IMG/VR virus record: IMGVR_UViG_2974670102_000001
Location: 1-64,000 of that record
Length of the DNA stretch: 64,000 bases
Direction: 5' to 3' (one strand)
DNA from: a virus
Taxonomy: Duplodnaviria > Caudoviricetes
The translations under genes were made by a program, and so were the position numbers. The notes under the pieces were generated by a model. The model was not told the DNA's origin and made no database searches. It was given only the letters and a program-made list of their open reading frames with translations. Shown here piece by piece: positions 18,316 through 26,627 of this stretch. Each line of letters starts with the position of its first letter. Position 1 is the stretch's first letter.

Positions 18316-18603
18316 CTACCATTGTAGCACAGGCCGCCGCCCCTGTCAAGCCCCGGCCCCTCAGTCGTCAACCAGACTGAACGCGGGCCGTGCATGGGGT
18401 CGTATGTGTGCGGGGGCTTGCTGTGCCGCGTATGCTTCGGCCGCCCGCATGTCGTCTATCGCAGTTTGCAGGTGTTGCTTTTGGGTCTCCAGACTACAAA
18501 CTTCCCGCCAGAATTTATAGTTATTCATGTCAATTACCATACGCGCTCACTCGTCGGATGAAGGGCCCCCAGTATCCTACATCCGACGAATGCGCGCAAG
18601 GGG

Positions 18604-19221
18604 TCAGGCCGCCTTTTTCTCGCGCTCCGGGGCCGCCGCTTCGGCCGCCCCCGCCGCCTGCGCTTGTGCCTGCGCCTGCACGTTTCGCGCGTTCACGATC
18701 TCTTGTGCAAGGGACATGAGTTTCCCCGCGATCTCCAGCAATTCCTCCGGGGCGGCCGACGGGGGAACAGTGACGTGCATGTGCGCCGTGTCGAACCGGA
18801 TGCCGGGCTTACGGCCGCCGCCCGGCGCGCGCTCGCGCGAGCCTTTGCAGACCGTAACCAGTTCGTTCAGAGTCTTCAGCTTCAGCGGCTCGATTTTCTT
18901 GATGAGTGCGTCGACGAGCGCTTGCTTTTGCAGATCGCCCGCCCAGCTTCGCACGTCTTCCTCCCCGAGAAAATCGAAAAGCATGATCGCCCCGGCAATG
19001 CGGCGGTTCACGGTTTTCCAGTCGATCCCGGCCGGGGTGTCGCACTTGTAGCCCGCGTCAAAGAAAATCTTTTGAAGCTGGGCGCGGGCCAGACGGCGCG
19101 ACGGGTAGGAATCCAGAATGACCGCGAACCCGACCGCGATTTCGCACTGGAGCGCAACCTGACGGTTGAGCGCCGACTTTGCGATGATTTGCGAGTATGC
19201 ACGAATGTTCGTCTTGTTCAT
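18604..19221 (-). CDS. hypothetical phage protein (possible DNA-binding)
   Basis: 205 aa, RBS AGGGGG; basic and helical. Confidence 0.8.
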   Translation of the reverse strand: MNKTNIRAYSQIIAKSALNRQVALQCEIAVGFAVILDSYPSRRLARAQLQKIFFDAGYKCDTPAGIDWKTVNRRIAGAIMLFDFLGEEDVRSWAGDLQKQALVDALIKKIEPLKLKTLNELVTVCKGSRERAPGGGRKPGIRFDTAHMHVTVPPSAAPEELLEIAGKLMSLAQEIVNARNVQAQAQAQAAGAAEAAAPEREKKAA

Positions 19222-19383
19222 AAATCCCCCTATCGGTTAAGGGCCTACACATGAGGGGCAGGCTTGCCCCGCACTTTCATGGTAGGACACCCCGCAAGAA
19301 AATCAAGCATATAAGGGTTTTCCTTACTTCTCATATGGTTACAAGTCTGTAAGACCGTATAGGGTCAGGCCCCAATCAGCACA

Positions 19384-19416
19384 AAAGAAAAGGGGCCCCA
19401 TATGGGGCCCCTTTTT
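19384..19416. terminator. bidirectional intrinsic terminator
   Basis: AAAAGAAAAGGGGCCCCATATGGGGCCCCTTTTT. Confidence 0.75.
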
Positions 19417-19427
19417 GTACCGGACAG

Positions 19428-19715
19428 TTAAGCCGGTTCGTAATCCATCGAAAACCCGATGATATCGGATGCGAGCAGGACGCGCCGCGTGTTCACGCGA
19501 TCCGTGATCGTGTTCCGCTGTCGCGGGTCGGGATTGCTGACGACGACGTTACGGCATTCGTAGAGGATAAACAGCCCGTCTGCGGCATCCGCTTCCGTAG
19601 TGTCGTCGGTGCCTGTCAGGCTGTGTCCGGACGACAGGTGAACGGTTACGACTGCCCCCTCCGGGATACGTGCGATAACCGGATTCGGAATCGTTTCAAG
19701 GGTGATAGCGGTCAT
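19428..19715 (-). CDS. possible Sm/LSm-fold protein
   Basis: Start MTAITLE, RBS GGAGG; G..VTVHLSSGHSLTG...L.IL.E and ...VLLASDIIGFS resemble Sm1/Sm2. Confidence 0.5.
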   Translation of the reverse strand: MTAITLETIPNPVIARIPEGAVVTVHLSSGHSLTGTDDTTEADAADGLFILYECRNVVVSNPDPRQRNTITDRVNTRRVLLASDIIGFSMDYEPA

Positions 19716-19731
19716 GGTCTGTTCCTCCCCA

Positions 19732-19872
19732 TTACGCGAGTTTGCCGCGTGCGTCGTGCTTCTCACGGCGTGCCTTGCGTCGCGCCTGTTCACGCGTGCG
19801 CACCGCGTCGGCATCGCGTGCCGGGGCTTTGCGCGAGATACGTTCGAAATGTGCGTTGCCTTGCATTTGCAT
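19732..19872 (-). CDS. small Arg/Lys-rich protein (46 aa)
   Basis: MQMQGNAHFERISRKAPARDADAVRTREQARRKARREKHDARGKLA; RBS AAGGGA. Confidence 0.6.
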   Translation of the reverse strand: MQMQGNAHFERISRKAPARDADAVRTREQARRKARREKHDARGKLA

Positions 19873-19966
19873 GATGGTTCCCTTAGAGAAGGTTTGTTAA
19901 GTAAGTGTGTGTATCATACCGGGTTTAATTTCGTCCGTCAATTAAACCCGTACTAAAATTAGGCTT

Positions 19967-20107
19967 TTATGCTGCCTGCATGCCGCGCACTTGCCGGATT
20001 GCATCGCGCACTTGCTCACGTGCGAACGGGAACCGGCGCAGGTTGCGCAGACCGTAATTGATGCCGATAAATTCGATTGCCGTTTCGATATCGCGGAAGG
20101 TCTTCAT
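19967..20107 (-). CDS. small hypothetical protein
   Basis: Start MKTFRDI, RBS GGAG. Confidence 0.6.
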   Translation of the reverse strand: MKTFRDIETAIEFIGINYGLRNLRRFPFAREQVRDAIRQVRGMQAA

Positions 20108-20120
20108 AGTGAACTCCAAA

Positions 20121-20564
20121 TTAAAAGAAAATGACGGTGCGCGCTTCCTCGTCAAAATCGACGCACATATTCCAATCACGGCCGCGCGACGTGACCATAT
20201 CGCATGCGTCAGTCAGCCGCGCGCCCAGACCCCCGGCTTTCAGTTCCGCGCGATCCCAGAAACCCGTGCCGTGACCCTGACTCGTCAAATACAGGTCATG
20301 CCCGAAAGACGCGAAGGGCCATTCGTGCGCACGCGCGCCCCCGAAGTCTTGCGCGCAGCGGTCGCCATAACCGGGGCGCGTAACCGCATCGATGCAATCC
20401 GCATGATACGCGAGCAGGAACGCACGAACGCCCTTTTCCACGTGTGCGCGCCCTTCCGGAGTCGCTTCGTAGTCGCTCGATTCGTCGGGGCTGTCGGCCC
20501 AGATAGCCGCGATGATGTAATGCCGAACGATGATATCGATTTGCGCGTCGCTGAAGTGTTGCAT
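20121..20564 (-). CDS. conserved-looking phage hypothetical protein
   Basis: 147 aa, RBS GAGG; GHDLYLTSQGHGTGFWDR motif. Confidence 0.8.
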   Translation of the reverse strand: MQHFSDAQIDIIVRHYIIAAIWADSPDESSDYEATPEGRAHVEKGVRAFLLAYHADCIDAVTRPGYGDRCAQDFGGARAHEWPFASFGHDLYLTSQGHGTGFWDRAELKAGGLGARLTDACDMVTSRGRDWNMCVDFDEEARTVIFF

Positions 20565-20658
20565 GGTTGCCTCTAGGCGGTTAGTGCTGCGTTGAAAGTG
20601 ATGCTATTGTATGCGGCCCGTTCTAGAGCCGTCAACAATAACCCACTAATTCGAGGGG

Positions 20659-20940
20659 TTATTCTTCGACCCACAAGCTAGGATCGCACGACGTTTCAAT
20701 CCGGAAGTGCGACGCATCGCGATAACGGCGCACAAACAGGCGGCCGTGCTGCGCGTAGGTCATGCCTTCAGTCAGCCATGAAACATGGTGCAAATCGCCC
20801 GGCATCGGGGATTTGAGCGGCCCTGCGTGCGTGACACGAACGGGCGTGAATTCGTCAGGGAACAGCCGCGCATCGTAGCGCGTGCGCCGATAGTAGAGGG
20901 TCTTACCATCCACGTAATCCTGAAAGCATGCGGGTTTCAT
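20659..20940 (-). CDS. hypothetical phage protein
   Basis: Start MKPACFQ, RBS AAGGGG. Confidence 0.65.
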   Translation of the reverse strand: MKPACFQDYVDGKTLYYRRTRYDARLFPDEFTPVRVTHAGPLKSPMPGDLHHVSWLTEGMTYAQHGRLFVRRYRDASHFRIETSCDPSLWVEE

Positions 20941-20950
20941 GGTCGGCCCC

Positions 20951-21100
20951 TTACTCGGCATCGTACAGTGCGCACGCGTCGGCATAGCTAACGCCTTCGC
21001 ATTCCATGATCGTTTCGATCATGCGTTCGCGCTCGTCGGCTGCTGCCTCGTCGCGCATGTCGTCCATACCGTTCCGCCCCATCATTCCTACTTGTGCCAT
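20951..21100 (-). CDS. small acidic protein
   Basis: Start MAQVGMM, RBS GAAGGGG. Confidence 0.65.
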   Translation of the reverse strand: MAQVGMMGRNGMDDMRDEAAADERERMIETIMECEGVSYADACALYDAE

Positions 21101-21189
21101 TTCGTTCCCCTTCGGGTTCGTTGAATCGATGGACAAATAGTAACAGCCCCTTAGAGGGGCCGTCAACAATAACCACAAATAATTTGTGG

Positions 21190-21438
21190 TTATTCGGTGC
21201 GGAACAGGTGCGCGGGCGCGTCGTGCTCGTACCAGTAACGGGCATCGCGTAGCGTGTCATGACTGCCGACCGCGCGGCCGTCGATGCTGACGAGCCATCG
21301 ATTACGCGTAAGCGTCACCATACGCGCATGGGGCGGCCCGTCCGGGCTGTAGTTATCGCGTACCTGTACCAGTGCGCCGGACGGCGTGCAGGCCGCATAC
21401 AGCCCGGCCTCTACACGTTTCAGGGGCGGCCGGTTCAT
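21190..21438 (-). CDS. hypothetical phage protein
   Basis: Start MNRPPLK, ATGA coupling. Confidence 0.6.
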   Translation of the reverse strand: MNRPPLKRVEAGLYAACTPSGALVQVRDNYSPDGPPHARMVTLTRNRWLVSIDGRAVGSHDTLRDARYWYEHDAPAHLFRTE

Positions 21439-21929
21439 TCCGGTTTCCACGTCGAATAGGCGGCGGTGCGCGCAACGAATTGCGCGATAGCCGCGTCGAT
21501 CCGGGCGCACAGCTTCGCGTGGTGCGTTTCGTTGAGGGTCTGCCGACGCTTGCCCCCGGCTATCATGCGCACCCCAGCATGCACCACATACACGGCACCG
21601 GCCGGGCTTTCGACACGCCAGCTAGGCACGTTTCCGACGGTTGCCGTCTGTTCCACTTTCCAGCCCGCAACGTCGGGCCGGGCGGCGGCCGTAGCCGGGT
21701 CTGCGGCCCGCGCGCTCGCGATGGCCGGGGCCGTGCCCTTGTTCACGCGTGCCGACAGGTGCGCGACGTATGCGCGGAACGCATCGCCAATCGTGAACCC
21801 TGCGGGCAGTTCCGGAATCTCGCGCAGCAACGAATCGAACCCCCGCGCCCCTTTCTCGTAATCGAACCCGAGCACGGCCGCGAGCGCATCGCGGGCCGTC
21901 GGCGTCATTTGGTCATAAAGCTTTTTCAT
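21435..21929 (-). CDS. hypothetical phage protein
   Basis: 164 aa, RBS AAGGGA. Confidence 0.7.
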   Translation of the reverse strand: MKKLYDQMTPTARDALAAVLGFDYEKGARGFDSLLREIPELPAGFTIGDAFRAYVAHLSARVNKGTAPAIASARAADPATAAARPDVAGWKVEQTATVGNVPSWRVESPAGAVYVVHAGVRMIAGGKRRQTLNETHHAKLCARIDAAIAQFVARTAAYSTWKPE

Positions 21930-21942
21930 GGTGTCAAATCCC

Positions 21943-22635
21943 TTAACGGATCATGCGATGTTGGACGGTCACGAATGCTTGCCGGATCGCCCCGGCTTCG
22001 GTTTCCCACTCGTTAGCGGGCATCGGAAAACACGGATGCGACGCGAGCCACAGACCGGACGGCATGCACACGATATCGAACCCGAACGCGGCTACCACTT
22101 CCGCCTGAGACATGGTGTTAAGATCGCGTTGCATCACGCCCCCCTTGGCTTTGCGCGGTGCCCGGCCTGCGAGCATATACACGGTTTCGCGGTACTTGGC
22201 GCGGGCCTTTTTCAGTTCGTTCAGTGCGAACGATTCGGACAAAAGCGGCTCGCCTTCGTCTGCGTTCACTGCCGACAGGATAAGCGCGCCTGCACGGTGT
22301 TCAAGCCTTACGCGAACGCCCGCGCGTTCCACCTGTTCCACGTAGCCGCACGTCAGCGCGTACAGCGTAAGCGAGCCGTCCGCGTTTTTAAGCAATACGT
22401 CGGGGCGCACGCGTGCAACGCGTTGTTTGCCATGACGGCGCGCGAGCCACACGCGATAATGCCCCTCGTCGGTGCGGCCGTCGATATAGCGACGCGCGGC
22501 GTCGAGCGTCATAAACTCCCCATGCGTGACGCCTACAACAGTTCGCGCGTCGCCGTGCATGACGACAAAACCCTCGCGCGTGCTGCCGGTCAAAACGTCG
22601 TCAACGATAAAGAAACAGTTATGGATTTCGATCAT
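21943..22635 (-). CDS. hypothetical phage protein
   Basis: 230 aa, RBS AAGGGG. Confidence 0.75.
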   Translation of the reverse strand: MIEIHNCFFIVDDVLTGSTREGFVVMHGDARTVVGVTHGEFMTLDAARRYIDGRTDEGHYRVWLARRHGKQRVARVRPDVLLKNADGSLTLYALTCGYVEQVERAGVRVRLEHRAGALILSAVNADEGEPLLSESFALNELKKARAKYRETVYMLAGRAPRKAKGGVMQRDLNTMSQAEVVAAFGFDIVCMPSGLWLASHPCFPMPANEWETEAGAIRQAFVTVQHRMIR

Positions 22636-22732
22636 GGTCAGCCCCTTTAGGCCGGTCTTTACTGCGTTGAAAGTGATTCTATTCTATGGGGCCTGCTGCC
22701 CCGTGTCAACAATAACCCCAGACTTTACTGGG

Positions 22733-23089
22733 TTATTCGTTGTCCATCATCCCGAGCCGGGCCCGGATCATTGACAGGCGTTCCGATACGGGCACGGCAC
22801 GGCCGCCGCCCAGACGAACCCATCCCGCGCCAGACGGGCACGCGTCAATGTCATGCACCCCGGAATAAGCGGCGCAAATGTCGGCCGCACTGTTAGCCTG
22901 TAGCAGCGTATAACCGGCCGTGCGCGCGTGCTGCGCAGCATCCCGGCCTGACTCCCACACGCGAGCATGCGCCCGGCCCGTCTTCTGTTCACCCTCCCCT
23001 ACAAACTGCGCGGGGCCCTGCGCGACGACACGCAGACGATAGCGCGTCGTGCCTTCGTGTTTCTGACGCATCACATACACTTGTTGCAT
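22733..23089 (-). CDS. hypothetical phage protein
   Basis: 118 aa; single-gene unit; stop inside a 27-bp element. Confidence 0.7.
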   Translation of the reverse strand: MQQVYVMRQKHEGTTRYRLRVVAQGPAQFVGEGEQKTGRAHARVWESGRDAAQHARTAGYTLLQANSAADICAAYSGVHDIDACPSGAGWVRLGGGRAVPVSERLSMIRARLGMMDNE

Positions 23090-23187
23090 ACCCTTAAAAC
23101 TCCCGTTCGTGAATCGATGAGTGCAGTATGTGCGCGTGTGCCCGTACCGTCAACAGTACCAGACTAATTAACTCAGGTATTAGGGCA

Positions 23188-23215
23188 AAAGAAAAGGGCC
23201 CCTAGGGGCCCTTTT
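23188..23215. terminator. bidirectional intrinsic terminator
   Basis: AAAAGAAAAGGGCCCCTAGGGGCCCTTTT. Confidence 0.75.
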
Positions 23216-23231
23216 GCGAGTGCGCGACGGA

Positions 23232-23639
23232 TCAACGATAGAGGTATTCCGTCCCCTCAATATCGATGGTCGAATAATCGACGCTCAGATTTTTGGCGGT
23301 CGCGTCCCAATCGATGACGAGATAGGACGGGATTTCGCGCGGCATGTCCCCGATATCGGACACCAATTGTTCACAATACTCCGTGAAGTGGCTGTCACGA
23401 ATCAGGCAGCCCGGATACCAATTACCCTCATATTGATGGTCGCCGCCTTCCCCGTTCAGTTCGGTCAGGATTTTTTCAAGCTGCTCCAGTTCGACCGCTT
23501 CGTCCGGGTTTTCGTCCGCCCAATCTGCGGCCCGGTCGTCGTCGCTGTCGTGCGTGTCGCGCTCGTCTTTCAGTTCGTCGTAACGGTCGCAAATGTCGGA
23601 CACGTTGATGATATCGGCGCTCAGGTCAAGATCGGACAT
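23232..23639 (-). CDS. ArdA-like acidic antirestriction (DNA-mimic) protein
   Basis: Very acidic 135 aa; FTEYCEQLVSDIG..P..IPSYLVIDWDATAKNL..DY resembles the ArdA C-terminal IDYE/WEA.ARDL..DY motif. Confidence 0.6.
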   Translation of the reverse strand: MSDLDLSADIINVSDICDRYDELKDERDTHDSDDDRAADWADENPDEAVELEQLEKILTELNGEGGDHQYEGNWYPGCLIRDSHFTEYCEQLVSDIGDMPREIPSYLVIDWDATAKNLSVDYSTIDIEGTEYLYR

Positions 23640-23760
23640 GGTGTTTACTCTGCTGTTTGGTTAAGGTGTTACCAGTATAGATGGGAGAATTCCCTGCGTC
23701 AAGAATAACCCCGCATAGTGTAGGGATTATTCTTGACGGGGCCCGAAAGGGCCCGGGCCG

Positions 23761-24150
23761 TTATTCGGCGTCGTCTTCCTCGTCGGCCGTTTCGGTCGCT
23801 TGTTCCACGTCGGGCACTTCCGACGTGCGCCCGAGCGATTCAGCCAGTTCGCGGAACCATACGGCGTCGCACCCGTCCATATCCGTATATTCGGCCGCCA
23901 GTTCCGCAAACGTGCCTTCACGCCCAGCGTAAGGCGACGTGTAGAACGATTCCAGCGCGCCATCGCGCAAGATCGCCGCTTGAAAATCGGCGTTCGTCAG
24001 GAATACGAGCCCGCTATGCGTGTTGAACGCCGCTTGTACCGCTTCGGTGCTGAAGTCTTCGGGCAGGCCGCCATCGTTCCATGCTTGTAGGATCGCGATG
24101 AGTTCATCACGTTCGCGACGGCCCATGTTTGCCATGTTGGTAAGCGACAT
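23761..24150 (-). CDS. acidic hypothetical phage protein
   Basis: 129 aa, RBS AAGGA; FNTHSGLVFLTN motif. Confidence 0.75.
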   Translation of the reverse strand: MSLTNMANMGRRERDELIAILQAWNDGGLPEDFSTEAVQAAFNTHSGLVFLTNADFQAAILRDGALESFYTSPYAGREGTFAELAAEYTDMDGCDAVWFRELAESLGRTSEVPDVEQATETADEEDDAE

Positions 24151-24237
24151 TCGTTTGATTCCTTGTTCGTTCAGAGAGATTACATTGTGCCGGGTAGTGT
24201 TCTCTCTGTCAACAATACCCGAGTGCGGCGCGGGGTC

Positions 24238-24612
24238 TTACTTCGTCAACGCGCCCGACAGGCTTTTGACGCATGCGCCGTAAGCGGGCTCGCGTGCATC
24301 GTCGGGGCTCGCGCCCTTGAATGCGGCGCTGCTGTAAATCAGGGCCGCATTACCCTTCATCAGATCGACAAGCGGACGCGCGACGCCCGCAAACGTGCGT
24401 TCGATATCGGCCTGAGTTTCCGCGAGCGTCACCCCGCTATCACGTGCGCGAACCGACAAAACCGCAACGTCAGCAACGCCGTTACACGTCTGCGAAATGT
24501 TCGCCTTTTCTTCCGCCGTGAGCGGCGCAGCCTGCGCCGGAACCCCAGCCCCGCACGATGCGGCAGTCGCGAGCGCAGCGAACGCGACTGCGGAAACGGT
24601 ACGTTTGAACAT
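24238..24612 (-). CDS. secreted or periplasmic protein with signal peptide
   Basis: MFKRTVSAVAFAALATAASC...AQA; RBS GGAG; paired Cys. Confidence 0.7.
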   Translation of the reverse strand: MFKRTVSAVAFAALATAASCGAGVPAQAAPLTAEEKANISQTCNGVADVAVLSVRARDSGVTLAETQADIERTFAGVARPLVDLMKGNAALIYSSAAFKGASPDDAREPAYGACVKSLSGALTK

Positions 24613-24693
24613 GCTTGATTCTCCGGTTATGCGTCTGTTGAAAGTGAGTCTATTGTATGCGGGCCCGTGTAGGCCCGTCAACAATAAACCCCT

Positions 24694-25050
24694 TTACCCT
24701 AGGGTCTTCGCGATCCGACGCGCCCAGCGTCGAGCATAGCCCGCGCGTCGGCATCCGTGCGGATGCGTCGGCCCCGTGCCCTGCCCCAGACAATACAGAT
24801 AGGCGCGAAGGGCTGCATTGATGCTTTCCGGGGTTGCGCCCAGTTCACGCGCAAGATTTTTGCGCCTCAGTCTGAGCAACGCCATAAGGCTGTCTGCCTC
24901 ATACGTGTAACGTTCGTGTTTCAGGCCCGCATGCGCCATGATGCACGAATCGATTGAGACACGGGCGCGCGGTTGCATAGCCGCCGCCCAGCCCGGAACC
25001 GGGGCCTTTCGTTGTCGCCAATATTCGGCGTGTTCGCCTGTCACGATCAT
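24694..25050 (-). CDS. hypothetical phage protein
   Basis: Start MIVTGEH, ATGA coupling. Confidence 0.6.
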   Translation of the reverse strand: MIVTGEHAEYWRQRKAPVPGWAAAMQPRARVSIDSCIMAHAGLKHERYTYEADSLMALLRLRRKNLARELGATPESINAALRAYLYCLGQGTGPTHPHGCRRAGYARRWARRIAKTLG

Positions 25051-25343
25051 GACTTGAGCCCCCGCACGAAACGGCAGACACCCATGTACTGACGGCGACA
25101 ATCGGCCAGCCACGCGGCCCATGCTTCGGGGTATTCCCGGCCCCAGCCGATATAGAACCCGATCAAATCCTGATCGCGCCTTTGATTGCAGGACAGGGCG
25201 TCCGACAACGCGAATTTATCCACGTCGAGCCGTTCCAGTTGATCGCGGATCGAATCGACCAACATGCACCCCGAGCCACGCACCCATGCATAAAACTCGA
25301 ATTCGTTGATCGTGTCATCGGCAAACTTCACTTGGTTTTCCAT
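25047..25343 (-). CDS. hypothetical phage protein
   Basis: 98 aa, RBS GAAGGGG. Confidence 0.7.
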   Translation of the reverse strand: MENQVKFADDTINEFEFYAWVRGSGCMLVDSIRDQLERLDVDKFALSDALSCNQRRDQDLIGFYIGWGREYPEAWAAWLADCRRQYMGVCRFVRGLKS

Positions 25344-25430
25344 TTCGTTCCCCTTCCGGGTTCGTTGAGCGTGAAACCAGTATAGACGGGCGCGCGGCGC
25401 ACGTCAACAATAACCCCGTGCTCTATGGGG

Positions 25431-25853
25431 TTAAATCAAAATCATTTCCGTGTAACCCAGCGTCCGGGCAATTGCCAGCAGCGCATCATTACCCGCGCCC
25501 TGTTCGCACGACTCAAACGCGATTGGTGCGCCCGCGTCGTCGCGTATATCGATCCCTGCCGACACTAGGGCCCGGTCGAACGCGAGCCCGAACGATTCAC
25601 GCCCCGCGCTCGTCTTCGCCACGCCGTAACCTGACGTGGTAGCGGCCCCGCAACGAACCCACAGCGACGCATAGAGGTTCGTTGCGGACGTGCTGCGCGA
25701 TGCCCAGTAACGCAATTCGCACACGTGTTCAAGCTTACCCGTTACCGGGTTAAGGGCAACGAGGGAAACGGTGCGGATGCGTTCCTTCGTCCCGTCGTGC
25801 TGCTGCGCGTTATCCTGTTCACCCTTAAACGTTACTTGCATACGTTGCCTCAT
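25431..25853 (-). CDS. hypothetical phage protein
   Basis: 140 aa, ATGA coupling; stop inside a 27-bp element. Confidence 0.7.
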   Translation of the reverse strand: MRQRMQVTFKGEQDNAQQHDGTKERIRTVSLVALNPVTGKLEHVCELRYWASRSTSATNLYASLWVRCGAATTSGYGVAKTSAGRESFGLAFDRALVSAGIDIRDDAGAPIAFESCEQGAGNDALLAIARTLGYTEMILI

Positions 25854-26353
25854 TCCGCCGCATTCTTGCCAAGGTGTTCCGCGAGCGGTTCACCATTTTT
25901 CATCAGCGTAACCGACTCCCCGGCCGCGCGCCCCGTCCCCTCGTCGGACGTGATGACCCATGCATCATAGGCTGCATACGCGGCCGTTCGGTCGTCGCCT
26001 TCGTACACGGTGCCGACGTTACCGACGATGACGAGATAGCCCGTGTTCGTCGGGTTCGCGATGCCTTCAATGACTTCGATAGCTTGCTCGCGCGTGCTGT
26101 AGCGGTGGAACTCGCCCAGCGTTTCCACGTTGCCGGTTTCCCCGTCGATCTTGCGCACCGAAAATTTCGTGATCCCCGACGGGTTCGTTTCCTGCGAAAC
26201 GAAATAGTACGAGCCGAAAATCAGCCAGCCCCGGGCCGGAAGTCGGGTCTTGAAAAACTTCATTGCATCAGCATCGAACCAGTGCCCGTTAGGATTCTTT
26301 TCGGCGTAGTGCGCGCGAATCGTGGACATGGTGACGGTCTTAGCGTTTTTCAT
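25850..26353 (-). CDS. two-domain hypothetical phage protein
   Basis: Start MKNAKTV, RBS AAGGGG; GHWFD...MKFF.TR motif. Confidence 0.8.
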   Translation of the reverse strand: MKNAKTVTMSTIRAHYAEKNPNGHWFDADAMKFFKTRLPARGWLIFGSYYFVSQETNPSGITKFSVRKIDGETGNVETLGEFHRYSTREQAIEVIEGIANPTNTGYLVIVGNVGTVYEGDDRTAAYAAYDAWVITSDEGTGRAAGESVTLMKNGEPLAEHLGKNAAE

Positions 26354-26451
26354 TTGGTGCCCCTTTAGGCGTCGTGATTGGATGACTGAATTATGCGCGG
26401 GCCCGTCTGGCGTGTCAACAATAACCCCAAAATTTTTATGGTTATTCAGGC

Positions 26452-26476
26452 AAAGAAAAAGCCCCGGCTGGGGCTT
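26452..26476 (-). terminator. intrinsic terminator
   Basis: AAGCCCCAGCCGGGGCTTTTTCTTT. Confidence 0.7.
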
Positions 26477-26627
26477 AGAGGATGCGGGCCGCCTGTATGG
26501 CCGCCGCTCGCGTTCGGGCCGTCCCGTGAGACTGGCCCCGCACGTCAAAAATTTCCCACAAGCGACGGTCGCCTACACGCTGCACGTAGCCGCGTAGCGT
26601 CCCCCGCTCGTCGTAAACCGGGGTCAT
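26475..26627 (-). CDS. small hypothetical protein
   Basis: Start MTPVYDE, ATGA coupling. Confidence 0.55.
   Translation of the reverse strand: MTPVYDERGTLRGYVQRVGDRRLWEIFDVRGQSHGTARTRAAAIQAARIL

Noticed and set aside
3284-24684. ORF-track N-termini MLTG.../MLTA... as a shared signal peptide family
   Set aside because: They arise from the TTG-TTG-AC of the repeated -35 box; RBS-supported starts lie downstream of the promoters
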